12,073 nucleotides of DNA from a virus: positions 1-12,073 of IMG/VR virus record IMGVR_UViG_3300045988_125741; one strand, given 5' to 3'. The position numbers and the translations under genes were made by a program. The notes under the pieces were generated by a model. That model saw only the letters and a list, made by a program, of their open reading frames with translations. It searched no databases and was not told where the DNA came from. Below, piece after piece: positions 6,155 through 11,787 of this stretch. The number at the start of each line of letters is the position of its first letter. Position 1 is the stretch's first letter.

Positions 6155-7316
6155 AATCATTTTTTACAGGCATCCCACACCACATTAAATAATTGCGCAA
6201 TGTTTCACCAGTCATATTGTCGGAATAGTATAAATTATCCTTTTTGAAAATTTCTACTATTTTTCTTTGTACTGGTAAAAATGGCTGATTGATTCTCTTA
6301 AACCAGTTGGGTTTGGCAATTGGTTTATCGCTGTATATCAGGTCGTTGTCAATATCTTTCAATGGCGATGTTTTCGGATTTATGTCAATAAATGTCATTC
6401 CGTCAATATATACCACATTGCATTGCAATACTTCTTCATCAAATACTATAAAAAACCGGAACTTTACATCACTGGAATAATAAGTATATGGACAAGTTGG
6501 ATATGTGGAGGTTTCAAAGTCGCCGGATGTAATCATTTTTGCATGCGGATTATCAAACTGAAAATATTCGTTTGATGCTTTTTCTTCAACAGGGCTGTCC
6601 GCCCACAAAGCGGAAATAAAAGGCTTTTCTTTGTTGTTTTTGTAAATTGTGATTTTTCCTTTTTCTTGCTTTGTGATGTGTTTCATTCCCATATTACGGA
6701 AATATGGGCAACTGGTAGATACTGTATTTCCAAGGAGGAAAATTTTTGCAAAATTATTCAATCGTACAAGCGTTGAAATAGCGTTCAAAAATAGTGCAAA
6801 TTCTCCTGGAACATATCCTATTCTGGAAATAAATTCATCAAATACAACAAGGCCTATATTTTCTGGATACACACCGCCTTTGTCGTGTTCCATATCCGTT
6901 AGTGCGAAACCATAACAGAACGGGTCATTTTCATGCTCTATTTCACCCTTTGAATTTTCGTACGCAAGATAAAACATTTTAGATTTATACAATACTCTGT
7001 CATATTGCCCACCTGTTAATTTAGATATAATTCCTCTGTTTGTCAATCCGCCGAAAAATTGGGACGCCGTTTTTACGGTGAAGTCTGTTTTCCATCTCCT
7101 AATGATTGACATTTTTTCACCGTATAATACATATCTTAACAGTCCCGTGGTAAACATGCCGTAACTTTTGCCGTTTGACCGTTCTCCCCACGCCAAATTA
7201 TACAACGTATCGCATTTCAATTGGGGGATGGGGTTATAAAAACCCTTATCCCCAATTAATTCCTGTAGCATTTTCAAAAATTCTTTTTCTTGGAAACGTT
7301 TTTCTTGTTTAATCAA
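6153..7316 (-). CDS. DNA packaging (encapsidation) ATPase, phi29 gp16-like
   Basis: The Walker A segment WGERSNGKSYGM resembles gp16 GARGIGKSYAM. It is followed by GEKMSIIRRWKTDF, which resembles GEQFIYVRRYKPEL. The Walker B segment LVVFDEFISR resembles TIVFDEFIRE, and FLLGNTVSTSCPYF resembles CLSNAVSVVNPYF. The start codon is TTG at 7316, 8 nt after a strong AGGAGG (rc of 7325..7330) embedded in the 3' end of the pol gene. The first in-frame ATG (7271) lacks an SD. Confidence 0.9.
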   Translation of the reverse strand: MIKQEKRFQEKEFLKMLQELIGDKGFYNPIPQLKCDTLYNLAWGERSNGKSYGMFTTGLLRYVLYGEKMSIIRRWKTDFTVKTASQFFGGLTNRGIISKLTGGQYDRVLYKSKMFYLAYENSKGEIEHENDPFCYGFALTDMEHDKGGVYPENIGLVVFDEFISRIGYVPGEFALFLNAISTLVRLNNFAKIFLLGNTVSTSCPYFRNMGMKHITKQEKGKITIYKNNKEKPFISALWADSPVEEKASNEYFQFDNPHAKMITSGDFETSTYPTCPYTYYSSDVKFRFFIVFDEEVLQCNVVYIDGMTFIDINPKTSPLKDIDNDLIYSDKPIAKPNWFKRINQPFLPVQRKIVEIFKKDNLYYSDNMTGETLRNYLMWCGMPVKND

Positions 7317-9498
7317 TTGTAATCCCTCCTATTTTATAAAGAAAATCTATGAAATTTTCTGCAAGGTTCATATTGTAGAATCCATTTTCTAGGTGAACGC
7401 TGGATAATTCACAATACTTTCCTGCATTACCTGTATAGTCGGTTACATATCCGGTTTGCGATTCATCCAAATATGTATGGGTCAATTTCCCACATTCACC
7501 AACAGGAAATATCAATTTATTAGTAAAATGTATAATTGCTTTCCTGCCGTATTTTTTTTTCAAATATTCAGCACCTGCTTTTTTCCCAACCCCGGCACAT
7601 GTCAAAATAATTTTATAACGTTTATCACCTATTGTCTTAAAATTATTAAACTGGTCAATTGCTTTCTTTACATATGCTTTTTTCAAATAATTTGTACTTT
7701 CTTTTTTTTCAACCCTCGCACATGCAAACTTAAAATTAACTTTATTTTCCGTAATGTATCGCTTTGCGCCTAATGTTTTGAACCTGTCATAAACGCCCTC
7801 AAAATCCCAAACGCCTATTAAATGTTTTTTTCCTTTTATGTCAATGGGTTCAAAGTCTTCAAAATCAAATTTATACCATTCACATACTTTTTTTATCAAA
7901 TCAATGCAACGTGCATTGTACTTTTCAATATAATCCATATGCTTTTCATAATTTGTAATTTTTATACTATCAGTATCGCTGTACTTGTAATCATTTCCAC
8001 AAGCTAAAATTCCAGTCCATAAATTTCTTCTGGCGTGCGCTGTAACGTAAACACCCCAGGGGTAATATAAAAATCTTCCATACTGATTATTATACGATTT
8101 GATTGCTTTTTCAATATCTGGAAATTCTGGCTCTTCCCAGTCATCGCTATACTTGTTTTCCTCTCTGATAATATTTGTAACCGCCATTCCGTATAGACTA
8201 TTCAACATACCTTTTGCTTTCAAATATTCTTCTTCTTTACCAATAATTCCTTTTAATTCCGTTTTTTTCTTATACAGTTCAAGTATAATTTCCATAAATT
8301 CTTTTGGTAGATACCCCCTATTGTATATGTAAAAATCTGAAAACTGAACACTGTCAAAAGTGTACGTCTTACAAATAATGTCAAAATCAATTTCAGTGAT
8401 GCAAACAGTAGCTTGTGGTGCGCTGTATATTCTACCATTATTCAGGATAGTATCATCTGTAATTTTTTCTTCTATTTTACTGAACGATAGATAATTATCA
8501 GACATACCTTGTCTCGCTCTTAAATTGTTAAATCTACATCTAAAAATACAACAATATTCTTTTAGATACTCTTTTGCTTGTTCTAGACTTTCAATTTTTA
8601 CCTTAACACCCTTTGACATTGGGAAATATTGTGTGAGCATTACGAACGGATAACTACTTGTGAAGTCAAAACTTGCCACGTTTTCATATATTTTGCCAAT
8701 TGCCCTAAAAGATGCATGTGTAAATCCGCCTATAAATGCTCTGCGGACGATAGCATATTCTTTCGGTTCAAGTGTAAGACTTCTTATTTTTTTCAAATAT
8801 TTCTTATTCTTTGTTAGAATTTCCTTGCAATGACGCCGCACAAACCCTGTTGCTGTCATAGGTATTTTCGTGATGCTACCCTCTTTTTCCATTAACTCCC
8901 ATATATAAGCCACTACGATACGCACATCATTCACCATGTACGGCAATTCAGATGTTTTTATTTCGGTTTCAGAATGTCTTATTTTGGAATAATCTAAATC
9001 ACCCACCAATTTTTGTATTTTGTGTTGTGTTAAATTTTCTGCTACTTTTTCCAAACTCAACCCAGACAAAATATAACTACATTTAAATTGAATGCCATCC
9101 GTAGTCAATGCTGTTAATGGGGTTCTTCTTTTGATGGCAAATACTTTTTTCCATTCAAACCACTTTCGCATAAACTGGAATTCAAATGATAAATTATGCA
9201 CATAGATTGTCAAAATACGCTTGCTTGAAATTTTGAATATTCTTTGCAATATTTGTAATACGTCAAAAAAATCTTTCCATGTTCTTCCTATTATTGTATT
9301 TTCCTTTATTTGCAACTGCCAAATATACATAATTGCAGTTTTTTCATTGTTCTTATTGTAAAAACTGGATGTCTCGATATCAAAACTACATGGCAATTCA
9401 ATATATTCTATGTGTTTTTTTTCGGTGCATTCATACTGTGGTATTGGCATTTTATGTAGTGTATGTATGGTATATACTACATCCGAAAATTTCAACAT
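7309..9498 (-). CDS. Family-B DNA polymerase, protein-primed type (phi29 gp2-like)
   Basis: Motifs present: ExoI FDIETSS, ExoII VHNLSFEFQF, ExoIII YMVNDVRIV, YxGG-like AFIGGFT, motif A DFTSSYPFV, motif B KGMLNSLYGM, motif C YSDTDSI and KxY KTLGAKRY (plus a second copy, KTIGDKRY). The track start at 9513 is TTG. The ATG at 9498 (MLKFSD...) lies 7 nt after GAGGTGG and is preferred, giving 729 aa. Confidence 0.95.
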   Translation of the reverse strand: MLKFSDVVYTIHTLHKMPIPQYECTEKKHIEYIELPCSFDIETSSFYNKNNEKTAIMYIWQLQIKENTIIGRTWKDFFDVLQILQRIFKISSKRILTIYVHNLSFEFQFMRKWFEWKKVFAIKRRTPLTALTTDGIQFKCSYILSGLSLEKVAENLTQHKIQKLVGDLDYSKIRHSETEIKTSELPYMVNDVRIVVAYIWELMEKEGSITKIPMTATGFVRRHCKEILTKNKKYLKKIRSLTLEPKEYAIVRRAFIGGFTHASFRAIGKIYENVASFDFTSSYPFVMLTQYFPMSKGVKVKIESLEQAKEYLKEYCCIFRCRFNNLRARQGMSDNYLSFSKIEEKITDDTILNNGRIYSAPQATVCITEIDFDIICKTYTFDSVQFSDFYIYNRGYLPKEFMEIILELYKKKTELKGIIGKEEEYLKAKGMLNSLYGMAVTNIIREENKYSDDWEEPEFPDIEKAIKSYNNQYGRFLYYPWGVYVTAHARRNLWTGILACGNDYKYSDTDSIKITNYEKHMDYIEKYNARCIDLIKKVCEWYKFDFEDFEPIDIKGKKHLIGVWDFEGVYDRFKTLGAKRYITENKVNFKFACARVEKKESTNYLKKAYVKKAIDQFNNFKTIGDKRYKIILTCAGVGKKAGAEYLKKKYGRKAIIHFTNKLIFPVGECGKLTHTYLDESQTGYVTDYTGNAGKYCELSSVHLENGFYNMNLAENFIDFLYKIGGITID
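7519..7782 (-). repeat. Tandem in-frame duplication inside the polymerase gene (KxY motif plus start of thumb)
   Basis: Copy 1 (7642..7782) is FKTLGAKRYITENKVNFKFACARVEKKESTNYLKKAYVKKAIDQFNN. Copy 2 (7519..7641) is FKTIGDKRYKIILTCAGVGKKAGAEYLKKKYGRKAIIHFTN. Similarity is also visible at DNA level (AATTGCTTTC, TTTTTTCAAATA and GCACATG occur in both). Confidence 0.8.
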
Positions 9499-9509
9499 AA
9501 AATACCACC

Positions 9510-10058
9510 TCAATCAAACCACTCAAAAGGATTTGAAAAACTTTCTGCCATTTTTCTTTCTTCTTCCTCTGCTTCAAAACGTTTTTTTACAAAAGCCATT
9601 TCAACCATATTATATAATTCTTCTACTGTTTTAACCCGATGTAATGACATTGTTCGTTGAACAATTTTCACCGCTTCTTTGTAGGGCAAAACATCGTAGT
9701 ATTCTGATTTATAATAAATATCATATAGTACTTTTTTCAATAATGCGTCGTCAATTGCATTGAATTGCTTTCTGCCTTTGTAACCACCTAAAATTTGCTT
9801 TTCCTTTTGTTTCTGGTTTTTCTTTAGTGCTTGTTGTAATTTCTTCTCTTCCCTGTCTTTTTTTCGTAACTCTGATGCATATTTGTCTTTCTTTACTTGT
9901 TTTGCTAATTGCCGTATTTGCTGTTGCGCTTTCCTCTTTTCTTTTGCCTGTTGTTTCCTTATTTGTCGTTTCTTTTCTTTTACTGATAGTTTATCGGCAG
10001 TAGCACCCCTCTTGGGGGGTGCTTTCCTGGTGCTGTTTTTCTTTTTTGGTTTAGCCAT
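9510..10058 (-). CDS. Putative terminal protein (priming protein); extremely basic N-terminal half
   Basis: 182 aa, immediately upstream of pol as in phi29 (gene 3 then gene 2). Its stop TGA (9512..9510) lies inside the pol SD. The start ATG at 10058 overlaps the upstream stop (ATGGCTAA). The N-terminal ~97 aa are K/R/Q/E-rich (MAKPKKKNSTRKAPPKRG...KEKRKAQQQIRQLAKQVKKDK...). The C-terminal half is Tyr-rich (LYDIYYKSEYYDVLPYK) with an acidic tail. I recognise no sequence signature; the call rests on synteny and composition. Confidence 0.5.
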   Translation of the reverse strand: MAKPKKKNSTRKAPPKRGATADKLSVKEKKRQIRKQQAKEKRKAQQQIRQLAKQVKKDKYASELRKKDREEKKLQQALKKNQKQKEKQILGGYKGRKQFNAIDDALLKKVLYDIYYKSEYYDVLPYKEAVKIVQRTMSLHRVKTVEELYNMVEMAFVKKRFEAEEEERKMAESFSNPFEWFD

Positions 10059-10293
10059 CGTCTTTCTTCCTCATAAATTCCATATACGTGAAATTCAGTC
10101 CCTCAATAATTCGGACTACCTTATATCCGAAAAACTTGCAAAGTTTTACAAAATCGTTTTGTGTTGGGTAAAGTCCTAAATCCTGGTATTTTCTGATGCA
10201 TAAATAATTAGCCGCTTGGACGGAATCAGTTGTCAAAAACACTTGGAAACGTTTGCCATCACTGTGCCCAACTGCTATATATTGCTTGCTCAT
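10051..10293 (-). CDS. Hypothetical early protein (80 aa)
   Basis: The track start at 10314 is TTG and lies inside a hairpin. The ATG at 10293 (MSKQYIAVGH...) follows AAGGAGG with a 4-nt spacer. It occupies the position of phi29 gene 4, but I see no similarity. Confidence 0.65.
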   Translation of the reverse strand: MSKQYIAVGHSDGKRFQVFLTTDSVQAANYLCIRKYQDLGLYPTQNDFVKLCKFFGYKVVRIIEGLNFTYMEFMRKKDDG

Positions 10294-10305
10294 AAAACCT
10301 CCTTT

Positions 10306-10322
10306 CCGGGGCAAAGCCCCGG
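10306..10322 (-). promoter_or_regulatory. GC-rich stem-loop between the SSB-like gene and the next gene
   Basis: CCGGGGC-AAA-GCCCCGG on the + strand, a 7-bp stem. On the mRNA it sits 7 nt after the upstream stop and directly abuts the AAAGGAGG SD of the next gene. There is no U-tract. Confidence 0.6.
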
Positions 10323-10329
10323 AATAATT

Positions 10330-10746
10330 TTACTTTTCAATTACTGCCTGCAACGTCAAGAATGATACATCCGCTGATTTGTTCACCTGTTTAATACGGA
10401 ATTTTCTGGGATGTTCCCATGTATCCGGCATGCCGAACGCCTGAACAATATTACGCAATGCATTGAACACCCCGACAGATGTGCATGCATACCCGTTGCC
10501 CTTGCTGTCAATTAATGTAACATGCGGTGCGTTCGTCACCTCGCCTGTTTCTTTGTTTGTTACCTCAACCATAGAAATAGCAAAATGTGCTAGTTCAATT
10601 TCCTGGTTTATACAGTCCTTAATTCTGAATTCTGGTGCGGTGGTTGCGTTGTACACAATTGCTTTGTTTTCCTCTGTTACAACAGGCATTGTGCAGAAAC
10701 TTCCTACTTCTTCCATGTTCTTGATTGTCAATGCAAATTTTTCCAT
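10330..10746 (-). CDS. Single-stranded DNA-binding protein candidate (phi29 p5-like)
   Basis: 138 aa, with ATG at 10746. The C-terminal two thirds line up with remembered phi29 p5. VTLIDSKGNGYACTSVGVFNALRNIVQAF resembles TTIFAADGSLYSAISKTVAEAASDLIDLV, and FRIKQVNKSADVSFLTLQAV resembles FKVKVVQGTSSKGNVFFSLQL. Its position upstream of TP/pol is consistent. Confidence 0.55.
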   Translation of the reverse strand: MEKFALTIKNMEEVGSFCTMPVVTEENKAIVYNATTAPEFRIKDCINQEIELAHFAISMVEVTNKETGEVTNAPHVTLIDSKGNGYACTSVGVFNALRNIVQAFGMPDTWEHPRKFRIKQVNKSADVSFLTLQAVIEK

Positions 10747-10865
10747 ATTTTTCTTTCTGCCCCTGTCACCCTGGGGCGCAAGGTATTTGCGAAAATGTGG
10801 GTGTATGTATATTGATGTTTATTTTAATTTGTGGGGTTGCGACCACAATTCCGCATTACCCCGGC
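10747..10865 (-). other. 119-nt structured intergenic region inside the early operon (hairpins; possible terminator, internal promoter or leader RNA)
   Basis: Stems on the + strand: GCCCC/GGGGC (10759..10763 with 10773..10777), CGCAA/TTGCG (10777..10781 with 10787..10791), TTGTGG/CCACAA (10829..10834 with 10843..10848) and CCCGGC/GCCGGG (10860..10865 with 10870..10875). The last stem encloses the upstream stop codon in its loop. A weak - strand promoter candidate, TTGTGG-16-TAAAAT, is present. Confidence 0.5.
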
Positions 10866-11117
10866 TTATGCCGGGTCGCTCTGCGCATTAAAATAACCGT
10901 CTGGCATCTGCCTAATTTCTCCGTTTTCGACTATGTAGTCACCTACATGAACCAAATACATGATATTCATAGTCTCATACACACATTCATGCAACACAAA
11001 CCCTCCGGGATGTTTTTCCAGTTTCCACCACTTACACCAATGGCGAAATGGATATTGACACGGTTTTTCATATTCTGCTAAAATCTTTTTAGCGAAAACG
11101 GTAGAAATGTTTTTCAT
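10866..11117 (-). CDS. Hypothetical early protein (83 aa), Cys/His/Trp-rich
   Basis: The track start at 11126 is TTG. The ATG at 11117 lies 9 nt after GAAAGGGG. The sequence CQYPFRHWCKWWKLEKHPGGFVLHEC could be a metal-binding site. It overlaps the upstream gene by 29 nt. Confidence 0.6.
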   Translation of the reverse strand: MKNISTVFAKKILAEYEKPCQYPFRHWCKWWKLEKHPGGFVLHECVYETMNIMYLVHVGDYIVENGEIRQMPDGYFNAQSDPA

Positions 11118-11406
11118 TAGGTTCAACCCCTTTCAAATAATAATCCATGCCGCCTGTATGTGTAACAATATACCCATCACCGTATTTGCCTGAATACGGA
11201 TATACCCCAAATGGCATGCCTGGAAATTTGCGCTTGTACCGGGCTGCCCTGTGGTGGAATCCACATTTTTCCATTGCCATAAATGAACACAGTACGTCGT
11301 TGAAATCGACATCATCGGGGTTCTTTGTCTCACCAACTATCATTGCCGCCTGGAATAAAACATCGTGAATGTCGTGCACATTTACAAAACTTAACTCTTT
11401 GAACAT
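11089..11406 (-). CDS. Hypothetical early protein (105 aa)
   Basis: The track ORF extends to 11463 and overlaps the previous gene. The ATG at 11406 (MFKELSF...) follows AAGGA, which overlaps the upstream stop (TGAAAGGA), with an 8-nt spacer. I recognise no family. Confidence 0.6.
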   Translation of the reverse strand: MFKELSFVNVHDIHDVLFQAAMIVGETKNPDDVDFNDVLCSFMAMEKCGFHHRAARYKRKFPGMPFGVYPYSGKYGDGYIVTHTGGMDYYLKGVEPNEKHFYRFR

Positions 11407-11419
11407 AAACAACATCCTT

Positions 11420-11662
11420 TCAATTAAATGCAATTTTTCTAGTTGCATTCGGCAATTTGTCATGACATCTACTTGTACTTACTGCCATTAACTCGCTCTT
11501 ATCCCAATGTTTGCCATATGTCACGAATTTACCTGAACTGGTGTAAATTCTAACATGTTTACCGCCTGTTACTTTTAGCCATTTCCGTGCGTTCCGGTGA
11601 CCAACACCCCGAATAATGTTAAATACGTTTACACCATCGTCGTAAATTACCACATATTTCAT
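11420..11662 (-). CDS. Hypothetical first early protein (80 aa), basic
   Basis: ATG at 11662 lies 5 nt after AAGGAGG. It is the first ORF downstream of the right-end promoter. I recognise no family. Confidence 0.7.
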   Translation of the reverse strand: MKYVVIYDDGVNVFNIIRGVGHRNARKWLKVTGGKHVRIYTSSGKFVTYGKHWDKSELMAVSTSRCHDKLPNATRKIAFN

Positions 11663-11709
11663 ATTTTCCTCCTTGCCTTTCGGCTGTTCTTTTCTTATCT
11701 TCTGTTTAT

Positions 11710-11738
11710 ATTATAACACGAAAATTCTCGATTGTCAA
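11710..11738 (-). promoter_or_regulatory. SigmaA/sigma70-type promoter of the leftward (early/replication) operon
   Basis: On the - strand: TTGACA (rc of 11733..11738), a 17-nt spacer ending in TGT, then TATAAT (rc of 11710..11715). This is a consensus -35/-10 with a TG-extended -10. Upstream is an A/T-tract region (AAAAAATTTTGAGAAAATTTCAAAAAGG) that resembles an UP element. Confidence 0.8.
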
Positions 11739-11787
11739 TACCTTTTTGAAATTTTCTCAAAATTTTTTGATTTTACTAAAATTCATT

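Noticed and set aside
4258-6915. Internal or antisense ORFs 4258..4631 (-), 4500..4694 (+), 5073..5255 (-), 6289..6480 (+) and 6649..6915 (+)
   Set aside because: They are embedded in the tail-protein and ATPase genes, which carry recognisable family signatures. No independent start signals are present.
7456-8817. Plus-strand ORFs of 61-105 aa (7456..7773, 7822..8007, 8099..8332, 8629..8817) inside the polymerase gene
   Set aside because: They are antisense to a CDS with unmistakable PolB motifs. Their products are Phe/Ile/Cys-rich low-complexity sequence, as expected from the complement of Lys/Glu/Asn-rich codons in AT-rich DNA. None has an SD.
9883-10179. 98-aa plus-strand ORF antisense to the putative terminal-protein gene (also 9410..9660)
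   Set aside because: The Phe/Cys/Leu-rich translation is the complement of the Lys/Gln/Glu-rich basic domain. It has no SD and lies inside a tightly coupled minus-strand operon.
10463-11368. Plus-strand ORFs 10463..10891, 10725..11081 and 11147..11368, and minus-strand ORF 11133..11336
   Set aside because: They overlap better-supported minus-strand genes that have SDs and coupled stops and starts. They run through the hairpin-rich intergenic region and have no start signals of their own.
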